From an uncultured delta proteobacterium (GTDB lineage: Bacteria; Myxococcota_A; UBA9160; UBA4427): a DNA stretch of 64,000 nt. The notes beneath the pieces were generated by a model. It was given only the letters and a program-made list of their open reading frames with translations, did no database searches and was not told the origin of the DNA. A program made the translations under genes and the position numbers. The stretch spans positions 992,001 through 1,056,000 of the forward strand of contig CAWGJT010000010.1 in the NCBI GenBank assembly GCA_963822965.1, written 5' to 3'. Below, piece after piece: positions 34,432 through 43,407 of the stretch (position 1 is the first letter of the stretch; each line of letters starts with the position of its first letter).

Positions 34432-35030
34432 GCCCGGGCTCCCGGCTCGATGCGCGCGACGCCGATCATCGCGTCTCGCGTGACCCGGGCCGCGAGGGCC
34501 TCTTCGCTCTCGCCCTCGCTGCCCGCCGGTCGCTCGGGCAGGACCAGGTAGCGGATCTCGGCGCTCGAGTCCCAGACCCGCACCTCGACCTCGTCGCCGA
34601 GCACCAGCCCGAGCTCACGAAGGACGGCCCTGGGCTCGCGAACGACCCGCGACCGGTAGGCCGGGTCCTTGTACCAGGAGGGCGGCAGCCCCAGAACGGG
34701 CCAGGGATAGCAGGAGCAGAGCGTGCAGACGACGACGTTGTGCACCGTGGGGGTGTTCTCGACGACGACCAGGCGTTCTCCCTGGGGCCCGCCGAAGCCG
34801 AGCTCGGCGATCGCGGCCGTTCCGTCGGCGAGCAGGCGGCGACGGTAGTCCGCGTCCACCCAGGCGCGTGCGACGACGCGTGCTCCGTTCATCGGTCCCA
34901 CGTCTTCCTCGTAGAAGCGCACGATCGAGTCGATCGTCTCGGCCGTCACGAGGCCCTGGTCGGTGAGCAGCCTCTCCAGGGCTTCGGCGCGCAGCGCGCG
35001 GGGGTCGGGGTGGGCGTGCGATCCGCTCAT
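34428..35030 (-). CDS. nthA: Cobalt-type nitrile hydratase alpha subunit
   Basis: [11 protein letters not shown] (Thr/Tyr = Co-type), [23 protein letters not shown]. Confidence 0.96.
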   Translation of the reverse strand: MSGSHAHPDPRALRAEALERLLTDQGLVTAETIDSIVRFYEEDVGPMNGARVVARAWVDADYRRRLLADGTAAIAELGFGGPQGERLVVVENTPTVHNVVVCTLCSCYPWPVLGLPPSWYKDPAYRSRVVREPRAVLRELGLVLGDEVEVRVWDSSAEIRYLVLPERPAGSEGESEEALAARVTRDAMIGVARIEPGARA

Positions 35031-35611
35031 GCCGGCTCCAGATAGCTCTCGAACAGATCCACGTGCACGCAGGTCCCGGGCTCGGCCGCATCGCCCCACA
35101 GCTCCTCGCCCGAGAAGCGCACGGCGTACACGGGCTCGGGGCACTCGCCCCGGCCGTGGGCGTTGGTGTCGGGCAGCACCCAGCCCCCCTGCAGGAGCAC
35201 GACGGTGCCGCGGCGAGACCGCACGTAGCCCGGCAGGCGCGAGTGACCGCTGGGATGGAGATTGCGGGTGACGACCGCGTCGCCCACCGAGAAGCGCGGC
35301 GCTCGCGAGAGCGAGCGCGCCGCCGTGCCGTCGGCGACCCGCCCCGGGCTCGGTCGCCCGCCGGCCTCCCGGACCAGGCTCTCGGCGGCCGCGAGCCAGC
35401 GACCGAAGTAGCCGTCGGCCAGGTAGGCGACGGGATCCACGCGCTCGATCGCGTGACGGAACGCATCGATGTTGAAGCAGCCCGCGCCCAGCAGCAGGGA
35501 CGCCATCGCGAAGACCCGCGGCTCCCAGGGCGCGTGGAAGACGCCCTCGTCGCGGTCTTCGAGGCCGTGTCCGAACCCGTGACGTCCGCCCAGGTCGTGG
35601 ATGCCGTCCAT
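35027..35611 (-). CDS. nthB: Nitrile hydratase beta subunit
   Basis: [48 protein letters not shown] overlap with alpha. Confidence 0.94.
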   Translation of the reverse strand: MDGIHDLGGRHGFGHGLEDRDEGVFHAPWEPRVFAMASLLLGAGCFNIDAFRHAIERVDPVAYLADGYFGRWLAAAESLVREAGGRPSPGRVADGTAARSLSRAPRFSVGDAVVTRNLHPSGHSRLPGYVRSRRGTVVLLQGGWVLPDTNAHGRGECPEPVYAVRFSGEELWGDAAEPGTCVHVDLFESYLEPA

Positions 35612-35705
35612 GACTGGGAAGGGTACCAGCTCTGCCGGCCGCGGCCGGCCCGCGTCGCGTCTCGCAGGCCGGGATGGCGGGATCTCAGGCGATCCCGACC
35701 TGCTC

Positions 35706-35765
35706 TTCTCGGCGGAGAAGTGCAGCTTGCCGTCCTCGTCGACCCACTTGTACGTCTCTGAAGAG
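35706..35765 (-). pseudogene. Isolated DUF4124-like fragment (ETYKWVDEDGKLHFS)
   Basis: Characteristic YKWVDxxGxxHFS motif in the intergenic region, in frame with nthB; no signal peptide or clear start. Confidence 0.5.
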
Positions 35766-35866
35766 GCGGTCCCGGCCCGCCCTGCGAGGAGCCGGCGCCC
35801 CGAATGCGATAGGGTCACGGCAGTCGGCCGCACCGACCGAGCAGCGCATGGGAGGAGGTTCCCGCA

Positions 35867-37166
35867 GTGCCCAAGACCGCGGTCTTTCCGAAGAGCGAGT
35901 ACGACGCGCGACTCGCAGATCTCCGCCAGCGGATGGAGGCGCAGAACCTGCGCGGTGTGCTGGTTTCGGCCCCGGAGAACGTCTTCTACCTGACCGGGCT
36001 GGACCACCAGGGCTACTTCGCCTACGAGATGCTCGTCGTTCCCCTCGAGGGCACGCCCGATCCTCGTCACGCGGACCATGGAGAAGGCGACGGTCCGGGA
36101 CCAGGTGCCCTGGGTGTTGCACTTCGGCTACTCGGACGGGGTGGAGCCGCTGCCGGCGCCCAGGAGCGAGCGCGACGACATCGTCATGGGGGAGATCGAC
36201 GACGCGGGTCGGCCCACCGGGCTCCGCCCGTGGGAGATGAGCGCCGGCGTCGCCGTGAGCGGGCCGGTGGCCTCGGACGAGCAGATCCCGGTGGCGAAGA
36301 CGCTCGAAGCCATGCAGGCCGCCGGCCTCGACTCGGGCCGCATCGGCTTCGAGAAGCGCACGCAGTTCCTGCCCTTCCACGTCGCCGACGGAATCGTCCG
36401 CGGGCATGCCCCGGGTCGACTGGTGCGACGTCAGCGACCTCGTCAACGACTGCCGGCTCGTCCAGTCGCCCGCGCGAGCTGGAGTGCACCCGGCAAGGCG
36501 GCGCGCGTGACGGACTCGATGCTGCTGTCGGCCATCGCGACCGCCGGCGCCGGCGTGTTCGAGCGCGAGGTCATGGCGGCGGTCTATGCGGCCATGTTCC
36601 GGCGCGGCGGCACCTACCCCGGCTTCATCCCGCTGATCCGCTCGACGCGCACCATCGAGCACGAGCACGGGACGTGGACCGAGGGGGCCCTGAAGGCGCG
36701 CGACGTGCTCTTCGTCGAGCTCGCCGGCTGCGTCCGCCGCTACCACGCGCCGGCGGGCCGCCTGCTCTTCATCGGCCGCGCTCCCAGCAAGGCCTACACG
36801 ATGCAGAAGCTCTGCGAAGAGGCCATGATGAACGCCGCACGGGAGATCGGTCCCGGGGTGGTCGCCAACGACGTCTACCGCGTCTGGCAGGAGACGATCG
36901 ACGCCGCCGGGCTGCGGGGCTACAGCCGTCACCACTGCGGCTACGCGGTCGGCATCGGCTTCCCGCCCAGCTGGTCGGGTGGCGGCACCCCGCGCGGTCT
37001 TCGCAAGGGCTCGCAGATGAAGCTGGAGGCGGGGATGGTGTTCCATCTCATGTCGTGGCTGCTTCGCACCGGCCGTGGCGACTCGTTCCTGTCGGACACG
37101 ATCGTCGTCACCGACGAGGGGTGCGAGTTCCTGACGACGGTATCCCACGAGGTGACCGTCCGCTGA
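35867..37166 (+). CDS. M24 Xaa-Pro peptidase / creatinase-ectoine hydrolase-like protein; several apparent frameshifts
   Basis: FPKSEYDARL...PENVFYLTGLD N-domain; EHGTW, ELAGCVRRYHAP, HHCGYAVG, GMVFH, SDTIVVT. Frame switches near 36057 and 36400-36495. Confidence 0.85.
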
Positions 37167-37208
37167 CCCGCGGATGCGAGCGCTTTCGCCCACCGCGATC
37201 GCGCCCCG

Positions 37209-38192
37209 CTACCGGGCGTACTCGGAGAACTTCGCCAGCGACTCCCGGAGGAAGTCCTCGTAGGATCGTGGCTCGGAGGCCGGCGCGAAGGGAAGCCCGA
37301 GCGAGCGGGCGTCCATCACGAAGTCCGGGATCGGCTCGAAGAAGAACGGGATCGACAAGCGGCGGCGCTTCTCGTGGAGGACGCGGTGCCGGGTGGCGAC
37401 CAGCGCCCGCCCCGTCAGCCGCTGGAGCGCCAGCCCCGTGTTGACCACGAATGCGTCGGCGTCGGGCTCGAGGCTGCGCCAGCGCCCGTCGCTCCCCTTC
37501 ACCTGGAGCCCGCCGCGGTCGTCTTGGTGGAGCAAGGTGAGGAGGCCACTGTCGACGTGCGCCTCGCAGCAGAGCGCCGCACCGTCCTCGGCCGAGAGCG
37601 CCACGGGCCGATCGCTCTCGGGATAGAGGTTGAAGCGCAGGGTGGACAGGCTCGGCGGCCGGGCGAACGCGGCGGTCCACGCATTCCGGCCGACCGCCGA
37701 GGTCCGACGACGAGGGCGCGAAGGAGCGCCGTGGCGAGCCCGCTCAGCGAGCTTCGAAGTAGCGGGTGATCGTCTCCCACCCCTCGGCCCCCAGCAGCCT
37801 CCGGGGGACGGTTCCGCTCGTGGTACGGGCGGAGGAGGAGCGCGGGGTCGTCGAGGTACGGCTCGCCCACGTCGAGCCCTTCCTTGCCGGCCACGGAGCT
37901 GGGAAAGTAGCCGCGATAGACGTTGGGGCTCTCCGGGGTTCCAGCGGCGGGGCGCGGCGGCCAGCTTCGCCCCGTCAGGCAGGGCGAAGAAGCGTTCGGC
38001 GGCGGCCGTCGTCGCAGCGATCAGCTCCCGCGGCACCCCGTGTCCCGAGACGGTCATGAAGCCGATCTCGGCGCAGGCCGCGCGCATCCGAGCCTGGACC
38101 TCGCGCGCCGCAGGCGACTCCAGGGGGCCGTCCACGACTGCGCCGACATCGATTCGCGGGACGATGTCCCTGTGGCGGGCGGGTGCGGTCAT
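37209..38192 (-). CDS. 2OG-Fe(II) oxygenase, isopenicillin N synthase-like; compensating frameshifts at about 37680-37940
   Basis: VPRIDV, GFMTVSGHG, HVDSGLLTLL, GGLQV, TRHRV, RLSIPFF. The segment YRGYFP...KEGLDVGEP is in another frame. TAGCCT-N6-ATG. Confidence 0.88.
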   Translation of the reverse strand: MTAPARHRDIVPRIDVGAVVDGPLESPAAREVQARMRAACAEIGFMTVSGHGVPRELIAATTAAAERFFALPDGAKLAAAPRRWNPGEPQRLSRLLSQLRGRQGRARRGRAVPRRPRAPPPPVPRAEPSPGGCWGPRGGRRSPATSKLAERARHGAPSRPRRRTSAVGRNAWTAAFARPPSLSTLRFNLYPESDRPVALSAEDGAALCCEAHVDSGLLTLLHQDDRGGLQVKGSDGRWRSLEPDADAFVVNTGLALQRLTGRALVATRHRVLHEKRRRLSIPFFFEPIPDFVMDARSLGLPFAPASEPRSYEDFLRESLAKFSEYAR

Positions 38193-38207
38193 CTCCCGAG
38201 GCTAGCG

Positions 38208-38244
38208 GAAGGAGCCCGTTGGGCTCCCTTTGCGGCGGGACCGC
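38208..38244. repeat. Palindromic intergenic element, copy 2
   Basis: GAAGGAGCCCGTTGGGCTCCCTTTGCGGCGGGACCGC; matches 26063-26100 with three differences. Confidence 0.75.
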
Positions 38245-38307
38245 AATGCGACAAGCAAGGACGCCTCCCGGCGCACGATCTCGACCCGGGCCGCCGCGCT
38301 ACTGGCG

Positions 38308-40350
38308 TCACCGACGTCCGGCCTGCGGGAGCCGCAGCACTCGATAGTGGTCGAATCGCGCAACCTGCCTCGCCTCCCGGGCCAGGAACGCCGCCACTCG
38401 GGGAAGCCCGTCGCGCAGGGTCTGGGAGGTACCTTCGAGGGTGTCGGACCTGCGCTCGACGATGAAGGCCTCGGGGTGGGCGCGCAGCCGGGCGATCATC
38501 GCCCCTTCGTCGAGACGAGCGGTATCTCCGGGCGACAGCATCTGCCAGCCGAGCACCGAGAGCTGGAACGCGCGGTCGGGGAAGAGATTCGGACGGCCGC
38601 TCAGGTAGAGGATCATCGCCTGATTGCAGAAGACGAAGAGCGGCGCGGCGCGGTCTTCCCGTGAGCCCAGGTAGCGCATCAGGTGCTCGAGGTCGGCGAG
38701 GTTCTGCTCGCGGTAGTCTTCCTCCGTCACCCGGAGCCCGCGCGTCGCCTCGAACGTCAGGGGTCGGGTGGCCGCCGGCCTGGTGAGCACAGAGGAGACG
38801 ACCTGCCATCCCATCCAGAGCGGGAGAAGGGCTACGACGGCGGCAACCCGCCACGGATGGCGGCTCGTCATGGGCGCTCCGGCGAGCCCCGCCCAGCGCC
38901 CGAAGACCCCGATCGCGAGCGGTACCGTGGCCGCTTGCATGGGCAGCAGGTTGTAGCCCGATCGCGGAAAGATCTGGACGACGAGGCCGCATTCGAAGAG
39001 GGCCAGCGCCACGAGCGATAAGAGGGGGCCGTGCCCGGCCTCGCGATCGCCCCGCCAGAGGGGCGCGGCGCACAGTGCAATGGCTGCGACGAGGAAGCCG
39101 AGGGCTTGAACACCGGACAACGCGTCGGGAATCGTCGGCAGGCGCTCGATGGCCTCTGCGCCGGGGACCGCGAGCAGGATGCCGCACAGGAGCGCCCCGA
39201 CCGCGACCCGGGTTCGCTTCGCCAACGCGAGCAGCAACGAAGAAACGGCGGCGACCCCCGTCGCGAACGCGGCCAGCGACGAGAGCTGGGGGAGATGGAC
39301 GCTCGCCGCGTAGTTCACCATGCGCGAGGGCAGGATGAACATGTCGTAGACGAGAACGTCGAGGGTTCCGAAGCTCGCATAGACGGCCGCCGCGAGCGCA
39401 AGCGGAGCCATCGCGCCGAGCGCCAGGGGTACCAGCCGACGCCTCACGAGGGTGCCGACCCCGACACCACCCCCCCAGCGCCATGCCCCTGCACCGACCA
39501 CCCCCATCAGGACGTGGAGCGGCAATACGTGGAGTGCGTACTCGAGCGGGGTCAGAAAACGCAGGAGCGGCGTCACGAAGAGCAGACCCCCGGCCCCCCA
39601 GAGGCCGAGCAGGGCGCGAGGGCGCGTGCCTCCGTCGGCGCTCGGCCGGGGCGTGAGCAGCGCCGCAGCCACCACGCAGAGCCCGAAGGCATGGAGGACG
39701 AAGACGCCCACGGATTGCTTGAACAGAATCGCGACACCCGCCATCGCGCCTGCGGCCGCCAGGCCCCGGGCAGAGTCGCGCCGCAATGCGGACAGCAGGA
39801 AGAGCAACGCGAAGAGCAGGAGCGGCAGCGTGAAGAGAGACGCATAGGGCGTGTTGAGATTCCACGAATCGCGTCCCCAGTAGGCGATTGCGAGCGCACT
39901 GCCGACGAGCGACAGGGGACGGCTCGCGACCTGGCGGCCCAGCAGAAACGAGGCGAAGACCGCGCTCGCTTTGAGCAGGGCCAAGAGGATCCGGACCGCG
40001 AGGATCTGTTCACCCGCGAGGTGCAGGACGAGCCCCGTGACCCACAGGACGCCCGGCCCGTAGATGTCGATCAGATCGCGGTGCGGAATCTCGCCTCCGG
40101 CGACCCGGGCGCTCATCGCATAGAGGTAGCCCTCGTCGCGGAGCTCCAGCCCGAATGGAAAGGTCAGGGAGAACCAGCCGAACGCCAGCAGGAAGAGCAG
40201 CAGCGCGCAGACGAGGTCCGGTCGGCCCGGCCACGGCCCACGGGTCGGTTCGGACCCCGCCGTGGGCGGAGCCGGCTCGCGAGGCCGCGTCGGCGCCAAC
40301 GCTGGGTCGGCGGCCGGCGGCGGCGGGGAGCCGCGCGCAAGCGGCCTCAC
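38308..40350 (-). CDS. Multi-pass membrane protein, GT-C/ArnT-like
   Basis: LRDEGYLY...GEIPHRDLIDIYGPG, LFKQSVG, many TM segments; GTGA overlap with the SGNH gene. Confidence 0.72.
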   Translation of the reverse strand: MRPLARGSPPPPAADPALAPTRPREPAPPTAGSEPTRGPWPGRPDLVCALLLFLLAFGWFSLTFPFGLELRDEGYLYAMSARVAGGEIPHRDLIDIYGPGVLWVTGLVLHLAGEQILAVRILLALLKASAVFASFLLGRQVASRPLSLVGSALAIAYWGRDSWNLNTPYASLFTLPLLLFALLFLLSALRRDSARGLAAAGAMAGVAILFKQSVGVFVLHAFGLCVVAAALLTPRPSADGGTRPRALLGLWGAGGLLFVTPLLRFLTPLEYALHVLPLHVLMGVVGAGAWRWGGGVGVGTLVRRRLVPLALGAMAPLALAAAVYASFGTLDVLVYDMFILPSRMVNYAASVHLPQLSSLAAFATGVAAVSSLLLALAKRTRVAVGALLCGILLAVPGAEAIERLPTIPDALSGVQALGFLVAAIALCAAPLWRGDREAGHGPLLSLVALALFECGLVVQIFPRSGYNLLPMQAATVPLAIGVFGRWAGLAGAPMTSRHPWRVAAVVALLPLWMGWQVVSSVLTRPAATRPLTFEATRGLRVTEEDYREQNLADLEHLMRYLGSREDRAAPLFVFCNQAMILYLSGRPNLFPDRAFQLSVLGWQMLSPGDTARLDEGAMIARLRAHPEAFIVERRSDTLEGTSQTLRDGLPRVAAFLAREARQVARFDHYRVLRLPQAGRR

Positions 40351-41525
40351 GGTCGGCCTCCCGTGACCGGCAGCAGGCGACGTTCGACGAGCCCGTCCAC
40401 GATGCACGCCGCGACCTGTCGCGACAGCGCGGGCGAGTAGTGCACCTGGTCCACGTAGAGCAGCTCGCGGGCGTCTCGCTGGATCTCCGCGCACCAGATG
40501 AAGTCTTCGCCCAGGGGATGCCGTGCCGTGTACTGCCGCATCCTCGGGTAGCCCACGCGTGTCAGCTCGTGGCGTCCGAAGGAACCATCGTAGACGTGGT
40601 AGTGCAGGTCGTATCCATAGGTGGGTACGGGCTGCCATACCATCACGACGCGTGTCCCCTCGGCGGCCGCGAGCGCCTCGATCACCGCCTTGTTCCGCAC
40701 GTACCGGTCGATGATCCGGTCCGCTCGGTGCACCGCGACCCGCCGTGGGAGCTCGTCCTGCGACCCGGTGCCGAAGGTCTCGACCTCGTGTCGGTGTCTC
40801 CATGCACGGACGAGGCGCATCACGGGCACGCTCTCGAGCCCGGCCCGGAGCGGATGCTCGAGCATCGACTGCCCCTGGGCGGTCCAGGCGCTGGTGAGCT
40901 TCGGCGGGTCGTCCTGCCAGTAGAACTCGTTCAGGCCGTCGATGAAGACCACGAGATCGGGAGCGGGACCGAGCGTGATCAGCTTGTCGAGGAGGATCCG
41001 CTCCATCGTGGAGTAGAAGGCGCCCCGGGCGAAGTTGTAGACCCGCGGCGGCCGGGGCAGCCCGACCTCGGCGAGTAGAGCCTGCAGGTGCGAGGGAATC
41101 GTCTCGTCGTCGGCGACGCCGTATCCGAAAGCCGTGGAGCCTCCGAGCACGTAGACGTTGAAGTAGCGGTCCTCGGGCGGCCAGGGGCCCTGCTCTCGCC
41201 CCACGCGAAAGCCGTTCGGGTCGACATTGACGAAGCGACCGCGCGACGCCCGCTCGCGGAACTGCACCAACGCGTCGGGCTCGAAGCCGCGGCGGGTCTC
41301 CTCGCGCAAGGCCTGGCGATCCGCCTCGGGCCAGTCCGGATAGATCGTCGCAAGCGCTTCGTCCACGTAGGCGGGCTCGGCCACCCGCGACTCCGGCTTC
41401 CAGACGCGCTCCACCGCGGCGGCGATCCCGTTGATCACGAGCAGGCAGAGACAGAGGTTGGTCCAGAAGAGCGCGAGACCACGATAGAAGCCTCGCCCCC
41501 GCGATTCCGATCCCGCCTGATCCAC
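40347..41525 (-). CDS. SGNH/GDSL hydrolase family protein with N-terminal membrane anchor
   Basis: LGGSTAFGYG, YNFARG, IDGLNE, YVDQVHY; TATCGT-N6-GTG supports the start at 41525. Confidence 0.85.
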   Translation of the reverse strand: MDQAGSESRGRGFYRGLALFWTNLCLCLLVINGIAAAVERVWKPESRVAEPAYVDEALATIYPDWPEADRQALREETRRGFEPDALVQFRERASRGRFVNVDPNGFRVGREQGPWPPEDRYFNVYVLGGSTAFGYGVADDETIPSHLQALLAEVGLPRPPRVYNFARGAFYSTMERILLDKLITLGPAPDLVVFIDGLNEFYWQDDPPKLTSAWTAQGQSMLEHPLRAGLESVPVMRLVRAWRHRHEVETFGTGSQDELPRRVAVHRADRIIDRYVRNKAVIEALAAAEGTRVVMVWQPVPTYGYDLHYHVYDGSFGRHELTRVGYPRMRQYTARHPLGEDFIWCAEIQRDARELLYVDQVHYSPALSRQVAACIVDGLVERRLLPVTGGRP

Positions 41526-41575
41526 GCGCGTACGATAGCCTCCCGCCCCGGAGGGCCCGCCAGCGGCTCGGCTAT

Positions 41576-41614
41576 CCTCACCGATTGACCTCACCGATCG
41601 ACCTCACCGATCGA
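41576..41614 (+). repeat. 13-bp tandem repeat x3 in the 5' region of the CYP153-like gene
   Basis: CCTCACCGATTGA CCTCACCGATCGA CCTCACCGATCGA. Confidence 0.9.
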
Positions 41615-41636
41615 CCCCGCCCATTCCGGAGGCCCC

Positions 41637-42929
41637 ATGAGCCAGCAATCCGACCCGAATGCCCCGTCCTCCACGCCTCCGCCTTCCAAGGGGCAAGCCG
41701 GTGTCGACCCCTACTCCGTTCCCCTCGACCGGATCGACGTCTCGGATTCCGAGCTCTTCGAGACGGACACCCACTGGGGCTACTTCGAGCGGCTGCGCAA
41801 GGAAGATCCCGTCCACTACTGCGGCCAGAGCGACTTCGGGCCGTACTGGTCGGTCGCCCGGTACCACGACATCGTCCAGGTGGAGAAGAATCCGCAGCTC
41901 TTCTCGTCGGCGCGCAGCATCGTCGTGGGCGATCCCGAGCCGGAATTCCCGCTGGAGGCCGGATTCATCACCATGGACGGGCCGCGCCACGACGCCCACC
42001 GCAAGGTGGTCCAGCCCGTCGCCTCCCCGCGCAACCTGACCGTGCTCGAGCCGCTCATCCGCGAGCGGGTCCGCGAGATCCTCGACGACCTGCCGGTGGG
42101 CGAGACCTTCGACTGGGTCGACCGCGTGTCCATCGAGCTCACCACGGGCATGCTGGCCACCCTGTTCGACTTTCCTTACGAGCAGCGCCGCAAGCTCACC
42201 TTCTGGTCGGACATGGCCACCTCCAGTGCCGCGCAGGTCGGCTCCGGCAGCGCAACGCTCGAGGAGCGCCAGGCGGCGCTGATGGACTGCCTCGAGACGT
42301 TCACCGGGCTCTGGAAGCAGCGACAGGGCAAGCCCCCGACCGAACGCCTGGACTTCGTCACGGCCCTGGCGAACGCGGAGGCGACCCGCGAGCTCGAGCC
42401 CATGGAGTACCTCGGCACCCTGGTGCTGCTCATCGTCGGGGGCAACGACACCACCCGGAACTCCATCTCCGGCGGCGTCGTCGCCTTGAACGAGAGCCCG
42501 GGCGAGTACCAGAAGCTGCGCGACGACCCGAGCCTCATCCCGAACATGGTGAGCGAGATCATCCGCTGGCAGACGCCCCTGGCCCACATGCGCCGGACCG
42601 CCACCCAGACCACGGAGCTCGGCGGCAAGAAGATCGAGCCGGGCGACAAGGTGGTCATGTGGTACGTGTCGGGCAATCGCGACGACGCGGTCTTCGACCG
42701 ACCCGACGAGCTCCTCATCGACCGCAAGAACGCGCGGCAGCATCTGTCCTTCGGCCTCGGGGTGCACTTCTGCATGGGAAGCCGCCTGGCCGAGATGCAG
42801 CTTCGCGTCCTCTGGGAGGAGACCCTGGCGCGGTTCCGCGAGGTGGAGCTGGTCGCGCCGCCCGTCCGCGTCCGGTCCAACTTCGTGAAGGGCTACAGCC
42901 ACCTTCCCGTGCAGGTCCACCCGTGGTGA
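41637..42929 (+). CDS. Cytochrome P450, CYP153-like
   Basis: IDVSD...YFERLRKEDPVHY, GPYWSV, LIVGGNDTTRNS, EIIRWQTPLAHMRR, HLSFGLGVHFCMG, SNFVKGY. Confidence 0.92.
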   Translation: MSQQSDPNAPSSTPPPSKGQAGVDPYSVPLDRIDVSDSELFETDTHWGYFERLRKEDPVHYCGQSDFGPYWSVARYHDIVQVEKNPQLFSSARSIVVGDPEPEFPLEAGFITMDGPRHDAHRKVVQPVASPRNLTVLEPLIRERVREILDDLPVGETFDWVDRVSIELTTGMLATLFDFPYEQRRKLTFWSDMATSSAAQVGSGSATLEERQAALMDCLETFTGLWKQRQGKPPTERLDFVTALANAEATRELEPMEYLGTLVLLIVGGNDTTRNSISGGVVALNESPGEYQKLRDDPSLIPNMVSEIIRWQTPLAHMRRTATQTTELGGKKIEPGDKVVMWYVSGNRDDAVFDRPDELLIDRKNARQHLSFGLGVHFCMGSRLAEMQLRVLWEETLARFREVELVAPPVRVRSNFVKGYSHLPVQVHPW

Positions 42930-42953
42930 CCCGTGCAGGTCCACCCGTGGTGA
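42906..42953 (+). repeat. Perfect 24-bp tandem duplication of the last 8 codons (including stop) of the P450 gene
   Basis: CCCGTGCAGGTCCACCCGTGGTGA x2. Confidence 0.95.
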
Positions 42954-43022
42954 GGCCAGGCGGGAGCGCCGGGCGAATCCGCGGTATGCTCCGGGCCCAC
43001 CGCGCCCACTGAGGAGACCCTG

Positions 43023-43397
43023 ATGCTCGGCTATGCCACGATCGGAACCAAGGACATGGATCGCGCCTGCGCGTTCTACGACGCGCTGCTCGCGGAAGTC
43101 GGCGGCAAGCAGCTCTTCGGCATGGACCGGATCAAGTTCTACGGGACCGCGATGGACCAGGCGATGATCGCCGTTTGCATCCCGTACGACGAAGGTGCCC
43201 ACGACCCCGGAAACGGCAACATGCTCGCCATTCCCGGAGGAAGCCGCGAGGGCGTCGACAAGCTCTACGCCAAGGCCATCGAGCTCGGCGCCACGGACGA
43301 GGGCCCGCCCGGCGAGCGGCTCCCGGTCTTCTACGGCGCGTACGTCCGGGACCTCGACGGCAACAAGCTCTGCTTCTTCGAAATGAAGATGGGCTGA
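43023..43397 (+). CDS. VOC/glyoxalase family protein
   Basis: MLGYATIGTKD...FYDALL...GNGNM...GATDEGPPG...YGAYVRDLDGNK; GAGGAG RBS. Confidence 0.92.
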   Translation: MLGYATIGTKDMDRACAFYDALLAEVGGKQLFGMDRIKFYGTAMDQAMIAVCIPYDEGAHDPGNGNMLAIPGGSREGVDKLYAKAIELGATDEGPPGERLPVFYGAYVRDLDGNKLCFFEMKMG

Positions 43398-43407
43398 TCC
43401 CGGCGCC

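Noticed and set aside
35027..36079. 350-aa extended nitrile hydratase beta subunit
   Set aside because: Canonical MDGIHDLGG start at 35611; the extension overlaps the M24 gene on the other strand.
32657..38192. Programmed frameshifting or true pseudogenes in CYP51, M24 and 2OG genes
   Set aside because: No slippery heptamers noted, several scattered indels, intact catalytic motifs and no nonsense codons; assembly error is simpler.
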